Positions 1 to 11,225 of a stretch of DNA of 64,000 bases are shown here, in pieces. The stretch is from Cyanophora paradoxa CCMP329 (Eukaryota > Plantae > Glaucophyta). The notes beneath the pieces were generated by a model. That model made no database searches, had not been told where the DNA came from, and saw only the letters and a program-made list of their open reading frames with translations. Position 1 is the stretch's first letter, and each line of letters starts with the position of its first letter. Location of the stretch: positions 186,001-250,000 of the forward strand of contig QPMI01000482.1 of the NCBI GenBank assembly GCA_004431415.1, in the 5' to 3' direction. The position numbers and the translations under genes were made by a program.

Positions 1-307
1 ACATTCCGCTAATTATCTCGCGGACAGCGACCGTATCGGCACATTCCTAAGGGACAACTACGCTTTGGCGGAGGATAACACGAAATACATAATATGTGAC
101 GATCTGTTTAAGGATTGCTCAAATACGATGAGAGATGTTGATAGAAGAGCAGCGATAACAGGACGAGCTGTAAGCAATAAGGTGATGGAGGTGTTTAAGA
201 TCGGCTCGACTGTAAAAAAGGTTGGTGGAAAATCGAAGCGTGTTTATCTCGGTCTCACAAAGAACCGCGCTAACGATTTTGAAGACGATGACGAAGATGT
301 GGAATAA
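1..307 (+). CDS. 3' end of mirror copy of the D5-like primase-helicase (partial)
   Basis: Translation matches the C-terminus of 6284-9166. Confidence 0.9.
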   Translation, partial: HSANYLADSDRIGTFLRDNYALAEDNTKYIICDDLFKDCSNTMRDVDRRAAITGRAVSNKVMEVFKIGSTVKKVGGKSKRVYLGLTKNRANDFEDDDEDVE

Positions 308-378
308 AACTTATTGGAAAATATACTATTGATATCTTTTTTATGATCATGAACCGTAAGACTCGGTTCTTAATAGAA

Positions 379-688
379 GGTTACTTTAAGGTTTCTCGGA
401 GTTACTCGGAGTTACTCAGAGAGGTTACGCAGCGGTTCCGTTAATTTGTTACCATTTTCAGTATTGATATACCGAATTTCTCTTTATTTCACAGCTGTGA
501 GTTACGGTTACGCAACTTTTTGAATTCTTTCTGAAAATTTGGAGGGGGTCTTTTTATAGGTGAAGGTCTAAAACTTGCGTAACCGCGTAACTTGCGTAAC
601 CTCTACGACATTATGGTGTCATTTCTCTATTATTTTGGGTTACGTAACGTTTCTCCTTGCGTAACTTGTGTAACCTTAACGTAACCTT
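379..688 (-). repeat. GTTAC/GTAAC iteron block, mirror of 5902-6212
   Basis: Reverse complement of the block at 5902-6212. Confidence 0.9.
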
Positions 689-829
689 CTTATTAATACA
701 GATATCACATGTTCTCTCTTGTTATCATTTGTTGGCGTTATAGAATGTAGGTAAGACATCGGAAAAAGTGAAAAAATGACATCTTAACTACATATAAGGT
801 TGTTGTGATATATTCATTTGATAATTAAG

Positions 830-1054
830 ATGGCTTGCAAACTCCCCGAACGCATCGACATGGGTGAATATCTCATTAAAGACCTTCCGGAAGAGTTAAA
901 ACCACTTGCACGCAAGATGGACTTAAAAGGAATACGAGAATACTATGAGAGAACCTACCCTGATTTATACAAGAAAAAACAGCGTGTCGAACCATCGGAA
1001 TGCATCACTGTTAAGGTTCCAAAAGGCGTAAAGGTCAGAATTCAGAGAATCTAA
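830..1054 (+). CDS. Small hypothetical protein (mirror copy ends at 5536, - strand)
   Basis: ATG preceded by AAAAAATGAC (771-780); identical in both arms. Confidence 0.6.
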   Translation: MACKLPERIDMGEYLIKDLPEELKPLARKMDLKGIREYYERTYPDLYKKKQRVEPSECITVKVPKGVKVRIQRI

Positions 1055-2051
1055 CACGCTGAATAATATAAAAAACAATTGTAACGCATGATTAATAGAA
1101 ACAAAAAAACATTTAAAATGAAGAGCTTCTACGCTATCAGAGAGCATGACGCCCTTCTTTTTATACGCGATTCTTTGAGAATCCGGAAAACAGATGTATG
1201 GAGAAATTCGAAGACTTCTGTAAAGAATTTACCCAAATCGCTTATGGTAACACTGAAATACGAAGACCATCAAGAAAGCAAAAATTAAAAGACCTTTTTC
1301 AAAACATGATCTTGTCATTTGATGCTGATAATAGAAATACTAAATATCATAATACAGTCACAGGATCTGTTAGGGAACGTCTCCAAGAGAAATTAGCAAA
1401 ACGAAGAATTTCACATTAAACGCACTTTAAAAAGGGTCTTTTTGCAAACCTCCACAGAACCGTGTAGGTTTATGTTTCGATCTACGCAAACAGCTACAAT
1501 GTCCTGTATAGGTAGTTTTGAAAATTAAAGCGTTTTCACTCTTTCCTGTTCCGATAACATTCGCATTCTGAAAGAAATGACCTTAATATTAACTTCCTTA
1601 TTGCGTCGCGACCTTCCAATTGTTGTGATCTTTACCCAAAAGTTTGACAAAGTCTAAGATATGGATAAACTCGGAACGCGATATATCATTAGGTAAATCA
1701 AACGGCTCCGTTTCTATTTCCCAATAATTCACTTTGTAGAAATATAACAAACCGTCAGATCCCTTAGCATAATGTATATCGGGATTCTCTGTAAAATATC
1801 CGATTTGCTCAATTTCCATATTATGTCGCTATTATCTAATTCATTCATAAACATTATCAATCTGTCGATATTGATTTTAATTAAGGAAGTATTAACTGAA
1901 AACACGGGCTTTCCGTTGTACATATACGGCGTCTCCATCATTGCAATCAATCTTAGCACGAGCGTTAGGATGTCTCCCATGCCGCTTAAATGGTTTTCAT
2001 TTTTTGCCCGCTCAAAAATTGACGCCCCACAAGAACAAACCATAACCTGTA

Positions 2052-2561
2052 ATGCAACGCTCTGTTATGCAACGCGCTGTAATGGAGCAATTCACTACGT
2101 TTTTCACTCAAAACAACGTTATCTATAAAGATGTGTCGCATGTATTTGCTAAGAGTTTCGAAAGAGGTTATATGATGATCGCGAAATTAGCAATGCAAAC
2201 ACCTAAGATCGTTTATATTGCTTGTCTTAAAAAAGATGCTATCCCACATTTCAGGATTCGCGGTTTTGTTAAAAACGCTGTGGTCTTAATTAAAAACGAT
2301 GATTACTATGTATCTACTGAATTCGCTAAACATCACGTCCATGATTTCTTAACCATTCCATACAGTTGCTATGTCTGTTTCGATGATAAAGAAAGTGGCG
2401 TTAGATGTCCGGCATGCAATGCAACAGTTTGCTATAAATGTTGGGCTACCATGAGTTTAAACGGTGACCGAAAATGTCCGACATGTCGCAAACAGCTAAC
2501 GCATCCATTTATGGTCGAATCTAATGATGCTACATATGTATTCGTCGAAAAAGAGAATTAA
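2052..2561 (+). CDS. RING-finger protein, putative E3 ligase
   Basis: CYVC...CPACNATVCYKC...CPTCR; AAAAATTGAC at 2014-2023. Confidence 0.8.
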   Translation: MQRSVMQRAVMEQFTTFFTQNNVIYKDVSHVFAKSFERGYMMIAKLAMQTPKIVYIACLKKDAIPHFRIRGFVKNAVVLIKNDDYYVSTEFAKHHVHDFLTIPYSCYVCFDDKESGVRCPACNATVCYKCWATMSLNGDRKCPTCRKQLTHPFMVESNDATYVFVEKEN

Positions 2562-2745
2562 CACACTCTAAACCTCTTTCGAAATGCTATAATCCACATT
2601 GTTTACTTTTCCCCTTTGTGAATCAAACAAAAGAAGTAATCGGAACTATTTGCTTACTACCTTTTTTACATATTGTAGCCAAATAGTTTTGTCTCTTGTT
2701 AAGCACAGTGCTGATTTAAAGATAAATTATGTTAATTTATGAAAG

Positions 2746-3894
2746 ATGGCGCCAAAATTAACAACCGAAACTTTCATACAGAAAGCAAAAGTGAAACATG
2801 GAGAGGCAAGGTATAATTATGACTCTGTTGAATATGTTTCAGGTCTAACACCCGTTAACATATTCTGTAATACTTGTCAAAAAGTTTTCGCACAGAAGCC
2901 ACAATATCACCTTGCAAATAATGGTTGTCCATCCTGTGGAATCAAAGCCATTTCAAAGAAAAAACGAAATGTTTTAACTGACATGATAGCCAAAGCTAAA
3001 CAAATACATGGAGATCTTTACGATTACTCTTTCATTTGTGATTATGAAGGAATCGATAAAAAAGTTATCATTAGATGTAACACCTGTAAATCTGAGTTTT
3101 TGCAAACATTCAATAATCATTTAAGAAAAGCAGGCTGTAAATTGTGTTCTTCTAAACAAGGGGGTTTAAAAAATCGACTGACAAAAGAAGAAGTTTTAGA
3201 AAGATTTCGTGAAGTTCATGGTAATAACTATGATTATTCACATATGGATTTCCGAACTACAAGTATTCCTATAACTATCAAATGCAACAGTTGCAGTCGG
3301 CTTTTCGAGCAGAAACCTGAAAATCATTTTAAATCAGGTTGTCCCCATTGTGCATGTGCAAAATTGGGCAGGCAGCTACGAGTTACACAAGAATTGGCTA
3401 TACAAAGGTTTAGAGAAGTTCATGGGGACTCTTTTGATTACTCATTTATGGAATTCGAAACTGTAATGAAACCAGTTAAAATCATATGCAGGTCTTGTAA
3501 TACAATGTTTGAAAAACGCCCCTGTGATCATTTAAAAAGCGGCTGTGTTAATTGCAAAACATCTATATCGAAAGGAGAGCAAAAGGTTAAATCAGAGTTA
3601 AACTCTTTGGGAATCGAATTTTTTCAACAACATGTGTTTAAGGATTGCCGACATAAAAAACCTTTAAGATTCGATTTTTATATACCATCTTTAAAGGTCG
3701 CAATCGAATATGATGGACGACAACATGGGCAAATTATTAATTTCTTTGGAGGTAAAGAGGCATTTGAAGAAACACTTATAAGAGATGGAATTAAAAACAG
3801 ATTCTGTGAAGCAAATAATATAAGGCTTCTTCGGATTCCGTTTTATGTTAAAGACATTAAAGGAACTATCGATGACTTCTTTAAAAGTCTTTAA
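2746..3894 (+). CDS. Homing-type endonuclease: repeated Zn-ribbon modules plus C-terminal Vsr/DUF559-like PD-(D/E)XK domain
   Basis: Four repeats of HG-x-YDYS...CxxC...H...GCxxC; SKGE..., RFDFYIP, IEYDGRQH, RDGIKNRFC, LLRIPF. Confidence 0.85.
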   Translation: MAPKLTTETFIQKAKVKHGEARYNYDSVEYVSGLTPVNIFCNTCQKVFAQKPQYHLANNGCPSCGIKAISKKKRNVLTDMIAKAKQIHGDLYDYSFICDYEGIDKKVIIRCNTCKSEFLQTFNNHLRKAGCKLCSSKQGGLKNRLTKEEVLERFREVHGNNYDYSHMDFRTTSIPITIKCNSCSRLFEQKPENHFKSGCPHCACAKLGRQLRVTQELAIQRFREVHGDSFDYSFMEFETVMKPVKIICRSCNTMFEKRPCDHLKSGCVNCKTSISKGEQKVKSELNSLGIEFFQQHVFKDCRHKKPLRFDFYIPSLKVAIEYDGRQHGQIINFFGGKEAFEETLIRDGIKNRFCEANNIRLLRIPFYVKDIKGTIDDFFKSL

Positions 3895-4026
3895 GACAAA
3901 ACTATTTGGCTACAATATGTAAAAAAGGTAGTAAGCAAATAGTTCCGATTACTTCTTTTGTTTGATTCACAAAGGGGAAAAGTAAACAATGTGGATTATA
4001 GCATTTCGAAAGAGGTTTAGAGTGTG

Positions 4027-4536
4027 TTAATTCTCTTTTTCGACGAATACATATGTAGCATCATTAGATTCGACCATAAATGGATGCGTTAGCTGTTTGC
4101 GACATGTCGGACATTTTCGGTCACCGTTTAAACTCATGGTAGCCCAACATTTATAGCAAACTGTTGCATTGCATGCCGGACATCTAACGCCACTTTCTTT
4201 ATCATCGAAACAGACATAGCAACTGTATGGAATGGTTAAGAAATCATGGACGTGATGTTTAGCGAATTCAGTAGATACATAGTAATCATCGTTTTTAATT
4301 AAGACCACAGCGTTTTTAACAAAACCGCGAATCCTGAAATGTGGGATAGCATCTTTTTTAAGACAAGCAATATAAACGATCTTAGGTGTTTGCATTGCTA
4401 ATTTCGCGATCATCATATAACCTCTTTCGAAACTCTTAGCAAATACATGCGACACATCTTTATAGATAACGTTGTTTTGAGTGAAAAACGTAGTGAATTG
4501 CTCCATTACAGCGCGTTGCATAACAGAGCGTTGCAT
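4027..4536 (-). CDS. RING-finger protein (mirror copy)
   Basis: Identical to 2052-2561. Confidence 0.8.
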   Translation of the reverse strand: MQRSVMQRAVMEQFTTFFTQNNVIYKDVSHVFAKSFERGYMMIAKLAMQTPKIVYIACLKKDAIPHFRIRGFVKNAVVLIKNDDYYVSTEFAKHHVHDFLTIPYSCYVCFDDKESGVRCPACNATVCYKCWATMSLNGDRKCPTCRKQLTHPFMVESNDATYVFVEKEN

Positions 4537-4544
4537 TACAGGTT

Positions 4545-4991
4545 ATGGTTTGTTCTTGTGGGGCGTCAATTTTTGAGCGGGCAAAAAATGAAAACCATTT
4601 AAGCGGCATGGGAGACATCCTAACGCTCGTGCTAAGATTGATTGCAATGATGGAGACGCCGTATATGTACAACGGAAAGCCCGTGTTTTCAGTTAATACT
4701 TCCTTAATTAAAATCAATATCGACAGATTGATAATGTTTATGAATGAATTAGATAATAGCGACATAATATGGAAAATTGAGCAAATCGGATATTTTACAG
4801 AGAATCCCGATATACATTATGCTAAGGGATCTGACGGTTTGTTATATTTCTACAAAGTGAATTATTGGGAAATAGAAACGGAGCCGTTTGATTTACCTAA
4901 TGATATATCGCGTTCCGAGTTTATCCATATCTTAGACTTTGTCAAACTTTTGGGTAAAGATCACAACAATTGGAAGGTCGCGACGCAATAA
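4545..4991 (+). CDS. Hypothetical protein 148 aa (mirror copy 1598-2043 split by a 1-nt indel)
   Basis: Intact ORF in the right arm. Confidence 0.55.
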   Translation: MVCSCGASIFERAKNENHLSGMGDILTLVLRLIAMMETPYMYNGKPVFSVNTSLIKINIDRLIMFMNELDNSDIIWKIEQIGYFTENPDIHYAKGSDGLLYFYKVNYWEIETEPFDLPNDISRSEFIHILDFVKLLGKDHNNWKVATQ

Positions 4992-5169
4992 GGAAGTTAA
5001 TATTAAGGTCATTTCTTTCAGAATGCGAATGTTATCGGAACAGGAAAGAGTGAAAACGCTTTAATTTTCAAAACTACCTATACAGGACATTGTAGCTGTT
5101 TGCGTAGATCGAAACATAAACCTACACGGTTCTGTGGAGGTTTGCAAAAAGACCCTTTTTAAAGTGCGT

Positions 5170-5502
5170 TTAATGTGAAATTCTTCGTTTTGCTAATTTC
5201 TCTTGGAGACGTTCCCTAACAGATCCTGTGACTGTATTATGATATTTAGTATTTCTATTATCAGCATCAAATGACAAGATCATGTTTTGAAAAAGGTCTT
5301 TTAATTTTTGCTTTCTTGATGGTCTTCGTATTTCAGTGTTACCATAAGCGATTTGGGTAAATTCTTTACAGAAGTCTTCGAATTTCTCCATACATCTGTT
5401 TTCCGGATTCTCAAAGAATCGCGTATAAAAAAGAAGGGCGTCATGCTCTCTGATAGCGTAGAAGCTCTTCATTTTAAATGTTTTTTTGTTTCTATTAATC
5501 AT
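5170..5502 (-). CDS. Hypothetical protein 110 aa (mirror copy 1088-1419 split by a 1-nt indel)
   Basis: Intact ORF in the right arm. Confidence 0.5.
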   Translation of the reverse strand: MINRNKKTFKMKSFYAIREHDALLFYTRFFENPENRCMEKFEDFCKEFTQIAYGNTEIRRPSRKQKLKDLFQNMILSFDADNRNTKYHNTVTGSVRERLQEKLAKRRISH

Positions 5503-5901
5503 GCGTTACAATTGTTTTTTATATTATTCAGCGTGTTAGATTCTCTGAATTCTGACCTTTACGCCTTTTGGAACCTTAACAGTGATGCATTCCGATGGTT
5601 CGACACGCTGTTTTTTCTTGTATAAATCAGGGTAGGTTCTCTCATAGTATTCTCGTATTCCTTTTAAGTCCATCTTGCGTGCAAGTGGTTTTAACTCTTC
5701 CGGAAGGTCTTTAATGAGATATTCACCCATGTCGATGCGTTCGGGGAGTTTGCAAGCCATCTTAATTATCAAATGAATATATCACAACAACCTTATATGT
5801 AGTTAAGATGTCATTTTTTCACTTTTTCCGATGTCTTACCTACATTCTATAACGCCAACAAATGATAACAAGAGAGAACATGTGATATCTGTATTAATAA
5901 G

Positions 5902-6212
5902 AAGGTTACGTTAAGGTTACACAAGTTACGCAAGGAGAAACGTTACGTAACCCAAAATAATAGAGAAATGACACCATAATGTCGTAGAGGTTACGCAAGT
6001 TACGCGGTTACGCAAGTTTTAGACCTTCACCTATAAAAAGACCCCCCTCCAAATTTTCAGAAAGAATTCAAAAAGTTGCGTAACCGTAACTCACAGCTGT
6101 GAAATAAAGAGAAATTCGGTATATCAATACTGAAAATGGTAACAAATTAACGGAACCGCTGCGTAACCTCTCTGAGTAACTCCGAGTAACTCCGAGAAAC
6201 CTTAAAGTAACC
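5902..6212 (+). repeat. Iteron block R1, putative replication origin directly downstream of the primase-helicase
   Basis: Series of GGTTACG/GTTAC, core AAAGAATTCAAAAAGTTGCGTAACCGTAAC, then series of GTAAC. Confidence 0.85.
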
Positions 6213-6283
6213 TTCTATTAAGAACCGAGTCTTACGGTTCATGATCATAAAAAAGATATCAATAGTATATTTTCCAATAAGTT

Positions 6284-9166
6284 TTATTCCACATCTTCGT
6301 CATCGTCTTCAAAATCGTTAGCGCGGTTCTTTGTGAGACCGAGATAAACACGCTTCGATTTTCCACCAACCTTTTTTACAGTCGAGCCGATCTTAAACAC
6401 CTCCATCACCTTATTGCTTACAGCTCGTCCTGTTATCGCTGCTCTTCTATCAACATCTCTCATCGTATTTGAGCAATCCTTAAACAGATCGTCACATATT
6501 ATGTATTTCGTGTTATCCTCCGCCAAAGCGTAGTTGTCCCTTAGGAATGTGCCGATACGGTCGCTGTCCGCGAGATAATTAGCGGAATGTTCGAGGATGC
6601 ATTGGGGCGGATGGTCGATTATATGATTAACATCATGGTTTTTAAGCATGTCTATGAGAATCTCCATGTTTGCCCTGCGCCATTCACCATTTACGTCATT
6701 ATCGGGATTCAACAACCCGGTAAGGTCTTTATCCGCTTTCTTCTGTCCGGGCTTAGGTTCGACGGCATAGACCTGCTGAAATGGAACAGAACGGAAGCGG
6801 CGCGCTACTGCATTGTCGGGCTGATCAAATTCGAGGTTATTATTACAGAGGATGACGATAACAAACATCGGAGCAAATGAAATTGGTTCTTTGAAAAGGG
6901 TTCTTACTGTGATCTCATCACAACCTGTGAAATTCTTGATTTGTCCCGCCAACAGTTTGCTACCCGTGTTTGGTTCGTTTGTATGGACGAGCCTAACACC
7001 TTGCTTATTCGCAAGTTCCGGAATCATTCCATTACCTTTATCCTCCTTCGTGAAAATCCCAATGCTCATATTTCGTGAGTAGTCGCCAAATGTCTTATGC
7101 ATGAAATTTTCGATTACGCTCTTTCCGTTCGAGCCGATACCGGTAAACATATAGAAAAACTGCATGTTATTTTTACCCGTTAGAGACTTGGCATAAACAG
7201 CCTTAATGTATCTTGCAAGTTCGACATTGTCACCTGTGATATCCATGTAGAAGTCATTGAGTCGTTTGACCTTCTCAGGATCCACCGGAATATCATAGTT
7301 ATAACAGACTGTCTTAGTCATCATATCAGAAGAACGACCATTACGGAACTCAAACGTGTTAAGATCATAAACGCCATCGTCAAAGCCAACAACATTCGCG
7401 ACTGAATCCAACCTATCGGCAAATGTCTCATCGTAAAGGTCATGAGAGAGATATGTAAGAAGTCCTTTCGTGTAACCTCCACAGTTAAGTTTTTGCGCAA
7501 TTTTTGCACAGGCGGCTGCCTTTACTGCGAATTCCTTTTTATCGCTCTGTTCCTCCGCCTTTGCCGCCTTGGTAGCCCAATGGTTCTCCCGGTCTAAGTA
7601 TGCTTTCCCGACAACCTCACCGATAAGAGTTATCATACCACCATCATACTTATTATCTACCTTCCAAAATCCGGTTTTCTCATTCAGGATCAACCACAGA
7701 CCACGTGAAAACCGCACTTTGTAGCCAATTAATGCTTTACAGATCTTGCTAACAGGAAGTGGGAGACCTTGACTTAATAGCGTCTTATCCATTTCTAATT
7801 TGATTTGAGCCATCTTATCATTCATGGCGCTAACATCGGAATAGTCATTCTCATCCATACACACCTCCTCATCGATAAATGCAAACTGTCGGCTTGGTTT
7901 AAACAGTCCATAATACGTGTCCGGGTTATCCTCTCTCAGATAATGCACAAGTGAGCCGAAAGTTATAGTTTTGTTTTCGGAACCGGATTTTTTGCCTTTG
8001 CGGATACTCATCCATTTGTTCGCGCATTCATCATAATCATACTTAGGGCTTTTCTCGGAGTATTCGTGAAACAGCGCCTCCTGTTTCGTGGGTGGTATAT
8101 TGTTTTCCTCTCCAACATTCGCGATTGCGAAACCAACATTAAGCCAACCTTCGTATGTATCCGATCTTTCAGCACTAAGACCCATCACGACTTCTCTCAG
8201 TTTCTCAAATGAAACGTTATTAGACTCCTCCGGCTGCTCTTCACTCTCCGTTTTCTTTGTTGTTTTTTTGCTTGTCGTCGCCGTCTCCTTCTTCTTTGTT
8301 GTGGTCTCCTTCTTGGTCGTCTCCTTCTTGGTCGTCTCCTTCTTGGTTTCAGTCTTGCCTTCCTCCTTCATTTGCTCTTTTGCAACTTCCGCCTTTGCCG
8401 ACCGTTCGTTTTTCTCATCTTGGGTTAGGTTAGCATCAAACATATACATGTTTGATTCATCGATAAGCACAGTGGGGCAATCCGTGAATTGCGCGAAAAA
8501 GTCGCTGTCATACATGGTTTCACAATCCACGAATTTGGTAAATACTACATCCTTATCAACATCGCGTTTAGTCTTGTTTTGGGAATCCAACCATTTACCC
8601 TTGCAACTACCCAGACAAACAAGCGCCTGCCTTGTCTTATAAACGAGTGGGTCATAATCCACCTTTGGCGTAAGTCCGATTACATTTAAGAATTTCGGGA
8701 TGTCTTCATGACGACAGCACAGATCGGTAAAGACGAAATGCCCCGATACCTTAAATTGGGTCACATCTTCCTTAACGAAATGGATAGGACGATGACGCAC
8801 GGACACAGCAATGGTAGCACCGGTGAGTTCGTGTAGTCTGTTGCGCATCTCACGGATGAATTCATCGGCTTCCTTGTAGTTATCGGCAACATCCGGTTTA
8901 AGATCTACGTAGCCGTCATAATCCAGATAAACACGGGTGATTTCGTTCGGCTGAATGCATTCGGCGTAGGTCGGTTTTTTGCCTTTCTTCAAATCATCAT
9001 TAATCCTTTCCGTAATCTGATGGTCGAAATACTCTATGACAGTCTCGCTGTCAGTATTCGGAGTGAGACAATGGAGAAAAGCCCCATAATTATGTTTTTC
9101 AGGTGTAAATTTGCACAGGTTACCGAGTCTCTCACAGGGAGTTGCGATTTTTGTGTTAGCGTTCAT
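6284..9166 (-). CDS. D5-like AEP primase / PriCT-2 / SF3 helicase
   Basis: YLDYD and SGHFV primase motifs; YEGWLNVGFAI (PriCT-2); GFDDGVYDL (D5_N); Walker A GIGSNGKS, TNEP, LCNN, RRF. Confidence 0.93.
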   Translation of the reverse strand: MNANTKIATPCERLGNLCKFTPEKHNYGAFLHCLTPNTDSETVIEYFDHQITERINDDLKKGKKPTYAECIQPNEITRVYLDYDGYVDLKPDVADNYKEADEFIREMRNRLHELTGATIAVSVRHRPIHFVKEDVTQFKVSGHFVFTDLCCRHEDIPKFLNVIGLTPKVDYDPLVYKTRQALVCLGSCKGKWLDSQNKTKRDVDKDVVFTKFVDCETMYDSDFFAQFTDCPTVLIDESNMYMFDANLTQDEKNERSAKAEVAKEQMKEEGKTETKKETTKKETTKKETTTKKKETATTSKKTTKKTESEEQPEESNNVSFEKLREVVMGLSAERSDTYEGWLNVGFAIANVGEENNIPPTKQEALFHEYSEKSPKYDYDECANKWMSIRKGKKSGSENKTITFGSLVHYLREDNPDTYYGLFKPSRQFAFIDEEVCMDENDYSDVSAMNDKMAQIKLEMDKTLLSQGLPLPVSKICKALIGYKVRFSRGLWLILNEKTGFWKVDNKYDGGMITLIGEVVGKAYLDRENHWATKAAKAEEQSDKKEFAVKAAACAKIAQKLNCGGYTKGLLTYLSHDLYDETFADRLDSVANVVGFDDGVYDLNTFEFRNGRSSDMMTKTVCYNYDIPVDPEKVKRLNDFYMDITGDNVELARYIKAVYAKSLTGKNNMQFFYMFTGIGSNGKSVIENFMHKTFGDYSRNMSIGIFTKEDKGNGMIPELANKQGVRLVHTNEPNTGSKLLAGQIKNFTGCDEITVRTLFKEPISFAPMFVIVILCNNNLEFDQPDNAVARRFRSVPFQQVYAVEPKPGQKKADKDLTGLLNPDNDVNGEWRRANMEILIDMLKNHDVNHIIDHPPQCILEHSANYLADSDRIGTFLRDNYALAEDNTKYIICDDLFKDCSNTMRDVDRRAAITGRAVSNKVMEVFKIGSTVKKVGGKSKRVYLGLTKNRANDFEDDDEDVE

Positions 9167-9345
9167 TTTCAGCGATTGGTTCTTAACTTTCTCAAAGAAA
9201 ATAATCCGAGGAATTGATGAATTCCTTTTTACCTTATCTTCTCAGCAAGTCCTTAAATGCTTTTCGGTTGCCCATGGCACTTTAATGATTTGGCTTAGGT
9301 TATAAAAAAGAGAAAGTAAAGCGTCATTTTTTCACCTCCTACCAA

Positions 9346-9795
9346 TCAATTCGCTACGATTTTTTCCGATGATGCATCGGGATTACAAGTATTGTATTTA
9401 CGAGGTCGTCCCCCTTTCTTTGCCGTCTCTTGCTCAGTTACCTTAGAAGCCTTTTCGAGGCGTTTCCGTTCTTGGTAGTTCCGCGTTATCTCTTTCCTTC
9501 TATTCCTAAATTTTTCATCCTCCGCATATCGCCGCTGAATATACAAAGCCATCTTTTCCAATCTCTCCGGTGGATTAACTGTTTTCTCACCATTTGCGAT
9601 TCTCTGTTGTTTCATCTCCTGATACTTAACACGCTTCCTCTCCGCATCTTTTGCCCTTCTTATTCTTGCCTTTTCTTCCCGTTCTTCCTCAGTCAATCCT
9701 GTTTTTTCCTTCTTTATATTCCTTTCCACCGGTGGGACAGGTTCCCCATTCTGAATAGCGAAAAGCTCTTGGTTTGATTTCCGAGTATTCGCCAT
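9346..9795 (-). CDS. Basic coiled-coil protein with AT-hook
   Basis: GGRPRKY motif, K/R-rich; AAAAATTGAC upstream (9880-9889, - strand). Confidence 0.65.
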   Translation of the reverse strand: MANTRKSNQELFAIQNGEPVPPVERNIKKEKTGLTEEEREEKARIRRAKDAERKRVKYQEMKQQRIANGEKTVNPPERLEKMALYIQRRYAEDEKFRNRRKEITRNYQERKRLEKASKVTEQETAKKGGRPRKYNTCNPDASSEKIVAN

Positions 9796-9945
9796 TATTC
9801 CTCTATATAAGAGTTAGATAATATCCCTTTCACTTCTCTTTTAAGTCAAACCCTTAAATACCTTTCTGTGTTTTACAGTGTCAATTTTTGGACATCAACC
9901 GTAAAAATTGTAACAAATTTTTGATCTGTAACAGTAAAGTGTAAC

Positions 9946-10281
9946 ATGGAAGCCACCGAATACATTGAAATTGTAACGGATGAAACGGAAATGGGCAAAT
10001 ATCAACATGAGATGGGCGAATATCAACATGAGATGGGCAAATATCAACATGAGATGTACGATGTCGAAGCATATTTAATGAATAGTTACAGGTTAAGTAC
10101 TGACGGTGATTATACACCTTCCGATGTAATCCATGCTGAAATAGAAGAACTTGTAGGCTCTCCGATTTCAAAAACAATGATTGGAATCGTGATTAAGCGC
10201 ATTTTCGGGATTAAATCACATGCTGTAAGAATTGATGGCGTTCTCAAAAGAGTGTTCGACATTGAAAAAACTCTAAGCTAA
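9946..10281 (+). CDS. Small protein with a 7-aa repeat and possible winged-helix domain
   Basis: EMGKYQH repeated (21-bp unit x3); C-terminal pattern resembles the D5 C-terminal wHTH. Confidence 0.5.
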   Translation: MEATEYIEIVTDETEMGKYQHEMGEYQHEMGKYQHEMYDVEAYLMNSYRLSTDGDYTPSDVIHAEIEELVGSPISKTMIGIVIKRIFGIKSHAVRIDGVLKRVFDIEKTLS

Positions 10282-10416
10282 TTAAAGAAACTGTAACAGA
10301 TAGTAGCACAACCCAATGAATTTAAACGATATATTGACGTTTTCACAGTCTATTTCGCCATATCCATAGTCAATGCATCAGATAAACTGAATGATAAGAA
10401 TTATACGAAATTCTTA

Positions 10417-10851
10417 ATGAAAGCCAACGAAAGACAGATTATATACTTTATTCAACAGAACCGCAAGAATAAAGGGGTATTTGATGCATGGAAGCAAAAG
10501 GCGGGATATCATGCCCTTCAACCTATTCGTTTTGCATTCTCATATAAACACCGTTACATGTTAGTCCCATATCTTGATGAGGAGAACACCAAATGGTTCG
10601 TAGATATCATTATTAAGTCATTCGCGAGGGAAAACTTTGAGAGTCCGAATGAAACATGTCCTATCTGTCTTGAAAACATTGACACTAACATAAATAATAA
10701 AGGCTGTATCGTTTGCAATACTCTTATTTGTCCTAATTGTTTCCTCTCTTCACTTGAATCACATGAGAATGCTAAGTGTTCAGTTTGTAGAACTAAACTA
10801 TTTTTTGACGGAATGGAAGCATTGGAACCTAAGTTATATGCAAATGAATAA
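10417..10851 (+). CDS. RING-finger protein
   Basis: CPICLE...CIVC...CPNC...CSVCR. Confidence 0.8.
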   Translation: MKANERQIIYFIQQNRKNKGVFDAWKQKAGYHALQPIRFAFSYKHRYMLVPYLDEENTKWFVDIIIKSFARENFESPNETCPICLENIDTNINNKGCIVCNTLICPNCFLSSLESHENAKCSVCRTKLFFDGMEALEPKLYANE

Positions 10852-10871
10852 GAAGAACAATGTTAAATAAT

Positions 10872-11180
10872 AAGGTTACGTTAAGGTTACACAAGTTACG
10901 TAGGTAAAAACGTTACGTAACCCAAAATAATAGAGAAATGGCACCATAATCTCGTAGAGGTTACGCAAGTTACGCGGTTACGCAAGTTTTCACTATTTTA
11001 TCTGAGAAAGACCCCCGCCATCTTTTTAAAAGAATTCAAAAAGTTGCGTAACCGTAACCGCCAGTGTTAAAAATACTAAATCTCCTGTATTATAACACTG
11101 AAAATCGTCTTACAATTGTAAAATATCTACGTAACCTGTTGCGTAACTCATCTGTAACTTCTTGTAACCTCTATGTAACC
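10872..11180 (+). repeat. Iteron block R2
   Basis: Direct repeat of R1. Confidence 0.85.
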
Positions 11181-11225
11181 GATGCAAAAAATGACAACCC
11201 GCCAAAATAGACAGTGTAACCTACA

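Larger units (their letters stand above)
1..6590. repeat. Large inverted repeat: arms 1-2694 and 3894-6590 around a 1199-bp unique spacer
   Basis: 1-10 ACATTCCGCT is the reverse complement of 6581-6590; ORFs mirrored (2052-2561 vs 4027-4536 identical); coordinate offsets explained by three homopolymer indels. Confidence 0.97.

Noticed and set aside
8088-8642. Hydrophobic 184-aa ORF
   Set aside because: Antisense shadow of the KKETT linker of the primase-helicase
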